DNA from: an uncultured Candidatus Actinomarina sp.
GTDB taxonomy: Bacteria; Actinomycetota; Acidimicrobiia; Actinomarinales; Actinomarinaceae
Assembly (NCBI GenBank): GCA_902565645.1
Contig: CACFFJ010000004.1
Span: 195 to 64,194 of the forward strand
DNA length: 64,000 nt
Reading direction: 5' to 3'
This document shows, piece after piece, positions 1-9,232 of this stretch. Each line of letters starts with the position of its first letter. The stretch's first letter is position 1. The notes beneath the pieces are model-generated. The model was given only the letters and a program-made list of their open reading frames with translations. It searched no databases and was not told where the DNA came from. A program made the translations under genes and the position numbers.

Positions 1-1219
1 AGAAGGAGTTAAATTAGTAACCAGAAATGTCATCCTTCCTTTATGGAATAGTTTTTCTTTTTTTTCAAACTATGCGAATGCTGATGAAATAACTATAGAA
101 GAACTAAATAAAGCATCACCTCTTAGAGAAAGACCTATTATGGACCAGTGGATTGTTTCATCACTACAGTCTTTAATAAAAACAGTTAACGAAAAGATGG
201 AAAATTATTATTTATATGAAGTTATTCCTCCACTTATGAACTTCATAGATGAACTAACTAATTGGTATGTAAGATCTAATAGAAAAAGGTTTTGGAAAGA
301 AAAAGGTAAAGATGACATAGACAAAATTAATGCATTTAAGACTCTTCATGAAGTTTTACTTGAATTTTCTAAAACTATGGCCCCAGTTTTACCTTTTATC
401 TGTGAAGAAATCTATCAAGGTTTGACAGATAAGGAAAAAAGAAGTATTCATTATGAAAATTATCCAATATCAAACTCAGAACTTATTAATTTAAATTTAG
501 AAAAAGAAATGGAAATTGCAAAAAATATAATTAGATCCGTTAGAAACATACGACTAAAAGTTGATATACCAAATAAACAACCGCTAAATAAGTTGACAAT
601 AATTACAAATGATTCAGAAAAATCTGAACAAATAAGGAAAATGGAAGAAATCATTCTAAATGAATTGAATATTAAATATATAGAATTTGATGATAATTTT
701 GAAAATTGGGTGAAATATGAATGTAAACCAAATTTTTCTACTTTAGGACCTAAATTAGGTGAGAATATAAATAAATTTAAAGATTATTTATCAAATTTAA
801 ATCAACATGAAATTAAAGAACTAATAAGTAATGAAAAATTAGAATTCAACAAAGAAAAGATCAACATTTCTGATATTGATATAAGGCTAATAAAAAATGA
901 GGATCGTGATAATCAAGATATAGTTGAAGACTTCAGTGTTTATTTAGATACCGATGTAGATGATGACCTGCTAAAGGAGAGAATTTCTAGAGAAATTGTT
1001 TCAATAGTGCAAAAGCAAAGAAAAGAAATGGGATTCGATATTACAGACAGAATCTCACTTAGTATTAAATCCGATAATGAAATTCTTTTAAAATCTGTTG
1101 AAAAATTTAAGGATTATATTGCTAATGAGACTTTAACAACAGATTTAGAAATAATAAATGAAAAGGCTTCTAATAAACTTTTAGATTACTTTGTAGACAC
1201 AAATATAAAAATTTCTTAA
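1..1219 (+). CDS. ileS: Isoleucine--tRNA ligase, C-terminal part (5' end lies upstream of the window)
   Basis: Frame 2 is open from nt 2 (EGVKLVTRNVILPLWNSFSFFSNYANAD...) and runs into tracked ORF 140..1219. The sequence resembles the class Ia IleRS anticodon-binding/C-terminal region. Stop TAA 1217..1219. Confidence 0.85.
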   Translation, partial: EGVKLVTRNVILPLWNSFSFFSNYANADEITIEELNKASPLRERPIMDQWIVSSLQSLIKTVNEKMENYYLYEVIPPLMNFIDELTNWYVRSNRKRFWKEKGKDDIDKINAFKTLHEVLLEFSKTMAPVLPFICEEIYQGLTDKEKRSIHYENYPISNSELINLNLEKEMEIAKNIIRSVRNIRLKVDIPNKQPLNKLTIITNDSEKSEQIRKMEEIILNELNIKYIEFDDNFENWVKYECKPNFSTLGPKLGENINKFKDYLSNLNQHEIKELISNEKLEFNKEKINISDIDIRLIKNEDRDNQDIVEDFSVYLDTDVDDDLLKERISREIVSIVQKQRKEMGFDITDRISLSIKSDNEILLKSVEKFKDYIANETLTTDLEIINEKASNKLLDYFVDTNIKIS

Positions 1220-1485
1220 CAAAAGACTCTACTCAAAAATGGCAAGACTAGATAATTTAAACCTAATATGAGTACTATTGGTGAGAGATCTAGACCAGCC
1301 ATGCCTATTCTTAAGGTAGGAATAGTGTTCCTGATTGGTGCTAAAAGCTGATCAAAAAAAGTATCTAATACCTTTTTAAGTTGTCCAATAGGATGTTCAT
1401 GTGAAACCTGAATCCAACTAAGTATTATCCAAAGAAAAAGTGCATAACTAAAAAATCTATAGGATATTCCTAATAAACTACACAT
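1216..1485 (-). CDS. yggT: YggT/YlmG family membrane protein
   Basis: 89 aa hydrophobic protein. It occupies the conserved slot after sepF at the end of Gram-positive dcw clusters. Confidence 0.75.
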   Translation of the reverse strand: MCSLLGISYRFFSYALFLWIILSWIQVSHEHPIGQLKKVLDTFFDQLLAPIRNTIPTLRIGMAGLDLSPIVLILGLNYLVLPFLSRVFC

Positions 1486-1915
1486 TTATTTTATATAATC
1501 CCAAATCCTGCAATCTTTCTCTTTCATTTGAAGGCAAAGATGAGTTTGATGGGAGTATCAAAAATACACCATCTTTATTGATAGATCTAATAGTTGAATT
1601 ACTCACAAATGCCATACCAGTAACAAAGTCAAGGATTCGTCTTCTTTCTGTTTGGTCTTCGATATCTCTAATGTCCATTGCAACTATATATTCATCTTTT
1701 ATAGACATACCGAGGTTGTGTATTTCAGAAAATGTTTTTAAAACTTTTATTTCTACCTCATCTTTTGGTTCATGTACTTTAACATCACCTGAATACTCTT
1801 CACTTGTAAATCTATTTTCACTAGATGGTCTAACAGTTGAAACAGGATCCTCTGGTATGCTTTCTACTGACCTTGGTTGTTTCAAGCCTATTGAAATAAG
1901 AAATTTTTCTAACAT
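1478..1915 (-). CDS. sepF: Cell division protein SepF
   Basis: C-terminal SepF core (RRRILDFVTGMAFVSNSTIRSINKDGVFLILP). Sits between yggS and yggT. Confidence 0.85.
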   Translation of the reverse strand: MLEKFLISIGLKQPRSVESIPEDPVSTVRPSSENRFTSEEYSGDVKVHEPKDEVEIKVLKTFSEIHNLGMSIKDEYIVAMDIRDIEDQTERRRILDFVTGMAFVSNSTIRSINKDGVFLILPSNSSLPSNERERLQDLGLYKINV

Positions 1916-2529
1916 TAATTAAAGATTTTACTACCTATACGAACTATTGTAGCACCATAATCAAGAGCTATTTCATAATCATCAGACATTCCCATAGATA
2001 GCTCCCCAATATAGTTGTTGTAATCATTTTTAAGCTTTTCATTTATTTTTTTCATATTAGAAAAAGCATTCTTTGGGTTACTTTCTAAACTTGGGATACA
2101 CATTATTCCTACTGGAAAATAATTTAATCTGTCAAACATCTTAAAAAAAGAATCTACTTCTTCAGGAACTATTCCATTTTTATTTGGATCACTATCAATA
2201 TTTATTTGAACAAATACTTTTTGGTTAGAGTAATGCTTATTAATTATATCTGCTTCTTTCTTCCTTGATAAGGTATGGATTGAAATACAATTATCCATAA
2301 TTTCACTAATTTTTCTTGATTGCAAACTACCAATATAGTGAAATTTTACATGTTGTAATTTATTTTTATGTTCTATCAATTGATCTAAACGATTTTCACC
2401 AAATTCTTCAAAACCTGAATTATATATTTTTATAATATCTTCAAATTTTCTATCTTTTACTACAGGAAGTAGTTGTGCATTATATTTGTATACTTTATTA
2501 GTTATTTCATTTAATATCTTTAAATCCAC
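1915..2529 (-). CDS. yggS: YggS/YlmE family pyridoxal-phosphate homeostasis protein
   Basis: Alanine-racemase-N-fold family with C-terminal LSMGMSDDYEIALDYGATIVRIGSKIF. Position after pgeF. Confidence 0.85.
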   Translation of the reverse strand: MDLKILNEITNKVYKYNAQLLPVVKDRKFEDIIKIYNSGFEEFGENRLDQLIEHKNKLQHVKFHYIGSLQSRKISEIMDNCISIHTLSRKKEADIINKHYSNQKVFVQINIDSDPNKNGIVPEEVDSFFKMFDRLNYFPVGIMCIPSLESNPKNAFSNMKKINEKLKNDYNNYIGELSMGMSDDYEIALDYGATIVRIGSKIFN

Positions 2530-3098
2530 AAAAAGCTCCGTTGTCTATTTTCAGTTTTATTTCGCCTATATGAATTATATTTTTGATTTTCAATAGTACA
2601 TATTTTAGATATTTCAATATCTATTTTATTGTCTCCACAAAACTCTTTAATTTCTTTACTAAGATCTAAATATATTTTATTTTCTTTCCTTAAGCAATAC
2701 TTTCTAAATTTTGATTCTAAGTCTTCTTTTACTTCATAGCAACATTTTTGAGCATGAGGGCCAATTGAAACTTTTAACTTTTCTAAATTAAAATTCGCTA
2801 TAGTTTTATAAAATATATGATTTTCTAACCCTTTCCATCCAATATGGATTACTCCTATTTTTTCATCATCAGAAATTAATACAGGCAAGCAATCAGCAGT
2901 TAGAACTACTAATGCTAGTCTTTTATTTCTAGTGATTAATGCATCCGCTTTATACTTACCAGGTTTATCTACTTCTATGAAAATATCGCTGTGTGATTGC
3001 TCCATAAAACACATGTCTAAAGAGTCTATTTCATCTGAATTTTCTGAGTTTAATGCTTCGTTAAAATGTGCGTTAGGAATTAACTTAGATTGAATCAT
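2520..3098 (-). CDS. pgeF: Peptidoglycan editing factor PgeF (YfiH/DUF152 laccase-domain protein), short form
   Basis: Motifs LTADCLPV and VIHIGWKG. Lies immediately downstream of ftsZ, as in Actinobacteria and Firmicutes. Confidence 0.8.
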   Translation of the reverse strand: MIQSKLIPNAHFNEALNSENSDEIDSLDMCFMEQSHSDIFIEVDKPGKYKADALITRNKRLALVVLTADCLPVLISDDEKIGVIHIGWKGLENHIFYKTIANFNLEKLKVSIGPHAQKCCYEVKEDLESKFRKYCLRKENKIYLDLSKEIKEFCGDNKIDIEISKICTIENQKYNSYRRNKTENRQRSFLWI

Positions 3099-4150
3099 CC
3101 TCTGATGAAATCAGGGAGACCATCACCTCCATCAGCTTCACCGACATCTGTTACGCTTCTTCTATTCGGTCTAGGTCCAAATCCTGCAGCAACAACTGTT
3201 ACCTCAACAGCATCTCCTAAGCTTTCATCTACAAGGTGTCCAAAAATAATTTCAGCATTATCATCTGCCCTTTCAGTTATGACCCTTGCTGCTTCATTTA
3301 CTTCTTGCAATTTGAGATTTTCTGAACCAGCGATAGTAATAAGTACTCCTTCAGCTCCATCCATATTAGCTTCTAATAATGGTGAGGAAATAGCTGCATG
3401 TGCTGCATTTGGGGCCCTTTGCTCACCAGTAGATTTCCCTATTCCTAGTACAGCATTGCCTGCATCTTTCAGAATTGTTCTAACATCAGCAAAGTCTACA
3501 TTTATTACCCCAGGGTTAGTTATAAGACCGGTTATGCCTCGTACACCATTTGCTAAAATCTCATCAGACTTAAGATATGCTTCATTTATTTTTATATCCT
3601 TATCACTTATTTGTAATAGCCTGTCATTAGGTATAACAATTAAAGTGTCTACAACGTCTCTTAAGGCTTGAATGCCTTCTTCAGCTTGAACTGATCTTCT
3701 TCTACCTTCAAAACCAAAAGGTCTAGTCACTACACCTACAGTGAGGGCTCCTAGCTCATGAGCGACACTAGCAAGTACAGGAGATGCACCAGTACCGGTT
3801 CCTCCTCCTTCACCAGCTGCTATAAAAACCATGTCTGAACCTTTTAATGCCTCTGTAATTAATTCTTCTGAATCTACTGCTGCCTGTCTTCCTATTTCAG
3901 GATTTGCACCAGCGCCTAACCCACGAGTGGATTGTCTTCCAAGATCTAATTTCATGTCAGCTTTAGATCCAAGCAAGCTCTGCGCATCTGTATTACAGGC
4001 AACAAAATCTACACCTTTAATTCCCATTTTAATCATTCTATTTACAGCGTTGGTTCCACCTCCACCAACACCTACAACTTTAATTACTGCAGAATAGTTT
4101 CTAGGTCGCATATTTAAATTTACTCCTTTTTCTTTTTTCTTTTTTGCCAT
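3095..4150 (-). CDS. ftsZ: Cell division GTPase FtsZ
   Basis: VVGVGGGGTNAVNRM, tubulin signature GGGTGTG and C-terminal LPDFIRG tail. An alternative start ATG 4111 (MRPRNYSAVIKV...) would drop the Lys-rich MAKKKKEKG extension. Confidence 0.97.
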   Translation of the reverse strand: MAKKKKEKGVNLNMRPRNYSAVIKVVGVGGGGTNAVNRMIKMGIKGVDFVACNTDAQSLLGSKADMKLDLGRQSTRGLGAGANPEIGRQAAVDSEELITEALKGSDMVFIAAGEGGGTGTGASPVLASVAHELGALTVGVVTRPFGFEGRRRSVQAEEGIQALRDVVDTLIVIPNDRLLQISDKDIKINEAYLKSDEILANGVRGITGLITNPGVINVDFADVRTILKDAGNAVLGIGKSTGEQRAPNAAHAAISSPLLEANMDGAEGVLITIAGSENLKLQEVNEAARVITERADDNAEIIFGHLVDESLGDAVEVTVVAAGFGPRPNRRSVTDVGEADGGDGLPDFIRG

Positions 4151-4246
4151 AAAAAATCCTTATTTTTTAAACAAAGAATATCATTATTTACAACATTAGA
4201 CAATAAATATTATATTTTTTATCTATATCTATACTTTAGATTTAGA

Positions 4247-4951
4247 TTATTTACAATTCTTTACAGCTTTAATGTTTGAACCGTCGTCTGTGTAAACTAT
4301 ACGGATTTCACCGTTACAGGGCACTTCTGATATGTAGTAGCCTACAAGGGTTCCTTTTCTAGCTAGATCAATGGGACCGCCTAAGTTTACGCTGGTTTCA
4401 AAATGTGTAGCAGTTACCTCTTTACCGTCATATTTAAGAGTTACGTTAGATAAATTTATTGGATACTTTTTTAAAGTTAGCACGAACGTTGCCACTTCTT
4501 CAAAGAATCCTTCTTGAACTGGTCCATTTGTTATTGAAACCTTCATAAGATCCGTATTGAGAATACTTGGCTTTTGATACAAATTTTTATACAGTATGAA
4601 GGACTGAGGAGGTTTTTGCCTGGTGTCATTTATAAAAGCTAATTCATCAGAAAGCGTAATAGATACAGCTAATGTTGAAGGCATCTTACGTACTAACACT
4701 AATTTTTCAACTGTGGGATTCTCAGTGTAAAATTCATCAGAAAACTCATCACTAACCAACCAAATTGAGGTACCTAATAATTTGTTGAGGGAGCTATAGT
4801 CTAAATTTTCATCTTCATTGTAGGTTATTTCTGAAATCCTATAGGTTGATGAGAATACATAAGCAAAAGAAGCTAACAAAAAAAACAAAACTAGCCCAGA
4901 AAATGCTAGATATGTTTTAAATGTTTGTCTCTCAATTTGTCCATAATCCAT
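4247..4951 (-). CDS. ftsQ: Cell division protein FtsQ/DivIB-like
   Basis: Single N-terminal TM segment followed by a POTRA-like region. Canonical position directly upstream of ftsZ. Confidence 0.7.
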   Translation of the reverse strand: MDYGQIERQTFKTYLAFSGLVLFFLLASFAYVFSSTYRISEITYNEDENLDYSSLNKLLGTSIWLVSDEFSDEFYTENPTVEKLVLVRKMPSTLAVSITLSDELAFINDTRQKPPQSFILYKNLYQKPSILNTDLMKVSITNGPVQEGFFEEVATFVLTLKKYPINLSNVTLKYDGKEVTATHFETSVNLGGPIDLARKGTLVGYYISEVPCNGEIRIVYTDDGSNIKAVKNCK

Positions 4952-4953
4952 AA

Positions 4954-5814
4954 TTATTCAAAATCACCAATAAAAAGTATCTCTTTTTCTAGTGAGATAC
5001 CGTATTCTGACTCTACTTTTTCTTTTACGTAATTCACAAGACTATAAAGAGAAGTTGCTTTTGAACCTTTTGGTGCAATAAAAAAATTAGCATGTTTTTC
5101 ACTAACTCGAACTCCATCAACGGAGTAACCTTTTAAGCCTGCTTTATCAATTAACTCCCCTGCCGAATAATCTTTCCCATTCTTAAAAACACTCCCTGCG
5201 TTATAAATTCCTGCTGGTTGTGTTTTCTTTCTGTATTGAATATAGCTTTTTAATGTTTTATTTATTTTATTTGGATCCCCAGGTGATGCTTTCAGGTTAA
5301 CTGATGTTACAAGTCTATTTTTTAGATTATTAGATTTCCTATAGGAAAATTCTAATTCTTCCTTACTAAGTACCTCAATCTTACGTGATTCTAAATTATA
5401 AGTTTCTACACTTTTAATTATGTCAGCAAATTCGTTTTCGTATGCTCCAGCGTTCATTTTTACAGCACCTCCAACCGAGCCTGGTATCCCAATTAAAAAT
5501 TCAGCATTTTCTAAGTTATGTTTCTTGTAAAATCGCGCAAGGTCCGGTAAGTAATATCCAGCTTCAACTTTTATTTCACCTTTTTTAGAATCGTGATATA
5601 TATTATTTAAATTAGACCGTATAACAACACCTTCGTAACCTTTGTCTGAGAAGGCTACATTAGAACCTTTACCAAGTATGAATAATTTCTTAAAATCACT
5701 TATTTTTTTTATACGATTTAAGTCTTCTTTGGAATTAAGCTCAATGAAATTATCACAATATCCACCGAATTTATAAGTAGTTACTGTTGATAATTTAATT
5801 CTATTATTCATCAA
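4954..5814 (-). CDS. murB: UDP-N-acetylenolpyruvoylglucosamine reductase
   Basis: FAD-binding PCMH-type N-terminus (ILGKGSNV) and C-terminal AGSVFKN motif. Confidence 0.9.
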   Translation of the reverse strand: MMNNRIKLSTVTTYKFGGYCDNFIELNSKEDLNRIKKISDFKKLFILGKGSNVAFSDKGYEGVVIRSNLNNIYHDSKKGEIKVEAGYYLPDLARFYKKHNLENAEFLIGIPGSVGGAVKMNAGAYENEFADIIKSVETYNLESRKIEVLSKEELEFSYRKSNNLKNRLVTSVNLKASPGDPNKINKTLKSYIQYRKKTQPAGIYNAGSVFKNGKDYSAGELIDKAGLKGYSVDGVRVSEKHANFFIAPKGSKATSLYSLVNYVKEKVESEYGISLEKEILFIGDFE

Positions 5815-7111
5815 AATATTTTATTATTTCTGGACCTAACAATGTTATATCTCCTGCTCCAATAGTTAATACAGTGTCGTTTTTATTTACTCTGGTAGAT
5901 AGAAAACTTGGAACCATCCTCATAGATTTTAAATATTTTATGTTAACATCCTCAAAGTTTTTACTGCTTACACCAGGTATAACCATCTCCCCTGCAGGAT
6001 AAATATCTATCACAATCGCTTGATCAGCTATTTTTAATACATTTTTAAATTCTTCAAAATTATTTTTTGTTCTTGTATATCTGTGGGGTTGAAATATTAC
6101 AAAAAGTTTGCCATTAGTATTTTGTTTTAGTGCATTTATAGTAGCTTTTATTTCTGTTGGGTGGTGTCCATAGTCATCATAAATATTTACACCCAGTACA
6201 GAACCCAAATATTCAATTCTTCTTTTAACTCCTGGAAAAGTTTCTATAGCTTTTAAGGAATCCTCTATAGAAATTCCATTTAAATTTGCAAGACAAATAG
6301 CTCCAACAATGTTCGATGTGAAATGAGATCCAATTAAATTGGTAGTAATTTCATATTTAAAATTTTCAAAAACAAATTTATTTGGATAAATTATTTTAAA
6401 AGTTGTTTCTTCTTTAGAAGAGTAAGTTAAACAATTTGAAGTAACATTTATCTTTTTTAAATGTTCATCATCATAATTTAATACTATATTATTCTTTACT
6501 TTGTTAATTACATATATGAAAGCTTCTTTTAAGTTTTCAAAAGACTTAAAGTAATCTAAATGATCTTCATCTATATTTGTTACAAGCAAATCATTAATTT
6601 CAATGTTTTTAAAAGTATTAAATGCTTCATCTGTTTCAAGAACTAATGGTTGGTCAGGTCCACCAAAATGTCCTCCAATTCCACTATATGAAGTAGAACC
6701 ACCGAATATGTAAGAAACATCAATATTGTTATAATGAAAAATATGAGCTAGTAAAGCTGTCGTTGAAGTTTTACCGTGAGTTCCAGTTATTCCAATTATC
6801 TTATATTCTCTTGATAATTCAGTTAGGAACTCAGGTCTTGAAATAACATTATTTTTGTTTTTATATATATTTAAATGTTTATCTTCTAAATTCATAGCTG
6901 ATGAATAGATATAGAGCGTTGCTTCAGAGTAATTTAATTTTTCTTTTTCAAATTCTACTTTTATTCCATCTTGTTCGAGTTGATTTGTTAAAAATGATTT
7001 TCTTTGATCATAGCCTTTAACATTATGTCCTTTTTGGGCTAGATACTTTGCAATAGAGCTCATACCAGACCCACCTATCCCAAGTACATATATATCTTTA
7101 TAATTCTTCAT
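5804..7111 (-). CDS. murC: UDP-N-acetylmuramate--L-alanine ligase
   Basis: N-terminal GIGGSGMS dinucleotide fold and Mur ligase P-loop GITGTHGKTSTT. Confidence 0.93.
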   Translation of the reverse strand: MKNYKDIYVLGIGGSGMSSIAKYLAQKGHNVKGYDQRKSFLTNQLEQDGIKVEFEKEKLNYSEATLYIYSSAMNLEDKHLNIYKNKNNVISRPEFLTELSREYKIIGITGTHGKTSTTALLAHIFHYNNIDVSYIFGGSTSYSGIGGHFGGPDQPLVLETDEAFNTFKNIEINDLLVTNIDEDHLDYFKSFENLKEAFIYVINKVKNNIVLNYDDEHLKKINVTSNCLTYSSKEETTFKIIYPNKFVFENFKYEITTNLIGSHFTSNIVGAICLANLNGISIEDSLKAIETFPGVKRRIEYLGSVLGVNIYDDYGHHPTEIKATINALKQNTNGKLFVIFQPHRYTRTKNNFEEFKNVLKIADQAIVIDIYPAGEMVIPGVSSKNFEDVNIKYLKSMRMVPSFLSTRVNKNDTVLTIGAGDITLLGPEIIKYFDE

Positions 7112-8129
7112 TAATTTCTCTTAATATCGTATCTGTAATCTTTATATTTCCACTTTCTATAATATTTTCATTAAAGTAAAGATCTCTCCATTTATCCAAA
7201 TTATTCAATATATTATTTAATATTTTATCTAGTTCTTGATATGAATTAACTATTACAGCAAGGCCAATTTTTTCTAGATATTCAGCATTTAAAAGCTGGT
7301 GAGAAGACGTTGTTCCATGTTTGTACGGAATCAAAATTTGTGGAATTCCTAAATAAGCTGCTTCTAAAGATCCACCTCCAGATCTTGATATCTGTAAATG
7401 TATTTTTGAATAATATGTATTCATATCGTTAATGAAGTCATATTTTGAATAATTGGAATCATTTATTTTTTTTAATTCTTTACCTTTCCCTGTAATATGT
7501 AAAATATTAATTTTACTCATATCATTTTTTGTATAATATTCATAAAATAAATTATTAATCTCCTTAGAGCCTTGGCTTCCACCTTGAATTCCTAATGTAA
7601 ATTGACTTCTATTTAATTTTCTATTTTTTAACAAATTTTTATTAATTACAGGTCCAACGTATGCAACTCTTTTTTTAACTATATTTTTTGTGTCAGGATA
7701 TGAGGTAAATACAACTCCAGGAAAAATAGAAGCTATTTTATTGCCGAGTCCTGCGTAAATATTTTGTTCTTGAACAAATAGCTTCATTTTCATTATATAG
7801 GAAAGCAAAGAAGCAATAGGAGCAATATATGAACCTGTAGTAATCACAATACTTACATTTTCTTTTATTAATATTTTTCTTGTTTTATATATTGTTTTAA
7901 TAAATTTATAAAAATTAAAAATGTATCCTAATGAACCATAATTTGACCTATAAATATCCATTACTAAAACTTTTACTTTAATATCTGAGAGGTACTGAAT
8001 TCCTCTTTCATCAGTTATAAATACAAAGCTATCAATTGACACCCCGTGATCTATTAACTCATTTATAATATTTTTTGCTGGCAAAACATGTCCGCCACTC
8101 CCTACTGAAAAGACAGCAATTTTTTTCAT
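7098..8129 (-). CDS. murG: Lipid II synthase, undecaprenyl-PP-MurNAc-pentapeptide GlcNAc transferase
   Basis: GT28 motifs GSGGHVLPA and GGSQGS. Sits between ftsW and murC. Confidence 0.92.
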   Translation of the reverse strand: MKKIAVFSVGSGGHVLPAKNIINELIDHGVSIDSFVFITDERGIQYLSDIKVKVLVMDIYRSNYGSLGYIFNFYKFIKTIYKTRKILIKENVSIVITTGSYIAPIASLLSYIMKMKLFVQEQNIYAGLGNKIASIFPGVVFTSYPDTKNIVKKRVAYVGPVINKNLLKNRKLNRSQFTLGIQGGSQGSKEINNLFYEYYTKNDMSKINILHITGKGKELKKINDSNYSKYDFINDMNTYYSKIHLQISRSGGGSLEAAYLGIPQILIPYKHGTTSSHQLLNAEYLEKIGLAVIVNSYQELDKILNNILNNLDKWRDLYFNENIIESGNIKITDTILREINEEL

Positions 8130-9232
8130 AACTCTTCTTCTGTAAGCTCAACATGTGAAATAGTAAATGCTATAAACATAGCCACCATAGCAGATCCTCC
8201 ATATGCAATAAATGGCAAGACAATTCCTGTAATAGGGAGAAGCCCCACTAAACCTCCTAAATTAAATATTGACTGTACAAGTATCCAAGTAGCGACACCA
8301 GACAAAAATATCCTTTTAAATTCAGACTTACTGGTTATTGCTAATCCGTAAAATGAAACTATGAGGAGAAAAAGCATTATCAATAAAATAACCAAACCAA
8401 TAAACCCATACTCTTCACCAATTATTGAGGCAATGAAATCTGAATGTGAATTTGGAAGCATTCCCCATCGTGCTCTAGATGTTCCTGGTCCTAAGCCAAA
8501 TAAACCTCCAGAACTTATAGCTATTCTGCTTTGATTTAATTGAAAACAGTCACCAAGCAAATCCTCGCCTCTATTACATTTACCATCCCACCAGGTTAAG
8601 ATTCGATTCAATCTATAAGTTCCAGAAGCAGCAAGTAAATACAAAGGTATGGGTGATAATAATAAAACTCCAATAGGATATCTTAATTTAATATCAGAAA
8701 ATAATATCTGTGCAAGAATTATAGAAAAAATAGTTAGTGTTGTACCATAATCTGGTTCTAAATAAATGAAAAAACAACAGAGAATTGGTAAAGCAAGTGC
8801 TCTTTTTAAATAGTAAAAATTTGAATTTTCAGTTTTTATGTTTGAAAGCTGATAAGCAATCCAAAAAATTATTACTGGTTTAGCAAACTCACTTGGTTGA
8901 AGATTTATAACTCCTAAGTCTATCCACCTCCTGCTTCCTCCTGCCACAATTCCATAAGTGAGGACAAAAAATAAAGCTACAGTTATTGTTACAATAGAAA
9001 CATTTGCAAATTTTTTATATATTGAGAAAGATAATTTTTTACCTAAGTTGTAAATAATAATTCCAATGATTATTGAACTTATATGTCTTTTAATGAAATG
9101 AAAATTATCATCAAATTGATTCAAGCCTTGTACAGATGAAGCGGATATGTTTAATAAAACACCAAAAGTAACAAGAAACCATACTGAAAAATAATTAATT
9201 TTCTTAAATAAAGAATTACTAAGTTTAACCAT
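8126..9232 (-). CDS. ftsW: SEDS family peptidoglycan polymerase FtsW
   Basis: About 10 TM segments, FtsW/RodA/SpoVE motifs (PNSHSDFI) and dcw position. Confidence 0.9.
   Translation of the reverse strand: MVKLSNSLFKKINYFSVWFLVTFGVLLNISASSVQGLNQFDDNFHFIKRHISSIIIGIIIYNLGKKLSFSIYKKFANVSIVTITVALFFVLTYGIVAGGSRRWIDLGVINLQPSEFAKPVIIFWIAYQLSNIKTENSNFYYLKRALALPILCCFFIYLEPDYGTTLTIFSIILAQILFSDIKLRYPIGVLLLSPIPLYLLAASGTYRLNRILTWWDGKCNRGEDLLGDCFQLNQSRIAISSGGLFGLGPGTSRARWGMLPNSHSDFIASIIGEEYGFIGLVILLIMLFLLIVSFYGLAITSKSEFKRIFLSGVATWILVQSIFNLGGLVGLLPITGIVLPFIAYGGSAMVAMFIAFTISHVELTEEEL

Noticed and set aside
1578-1922. 114-aa plus-strand ORF opposite sepF. Similar shadow ORFs occur at 460..654, 10534..10818, 12318..12527, 13319..13525, 14638..14883, 15283..15537, 22468..22665, 23170..23466, 25553..25801, 27709..27891, 31129..31344, 36350..36601, 39790..41070, 43394..43576, 44581..44775, 45280..45471, 48270..48479, 52406..52606, 53588..53794, 57466..57994, 61231..61862 and 62463..62678.
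   Set aside because: Each is nested within, and antisense or out-of-frame to, a longer ORF with clear family motifs. None has motifs, an RBS or its own intergenic space.
3090-4097. Long plus-strand ORFs (3090..3671, 193 aa; 3831..4097, 88 aa) antisense to ftsZ
   Set aside because: They are low-complexity Ala/Ser/Pro/Thr-rich translations lying entirely inside the strongly supported ftsZ gene. Such ORFs are a typical artefact of a locally GC-richer conserved gene having few stop codons on the opposite strand.
4151-4246. 96-nt AT-rich spacer upstream of ftsZ as a defined promoter
   Set aside because: Several weak -35/-10-like hexamer combinations are possible in this nearly pure A/T tract. 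None is close enough to consensus to call with confidence.
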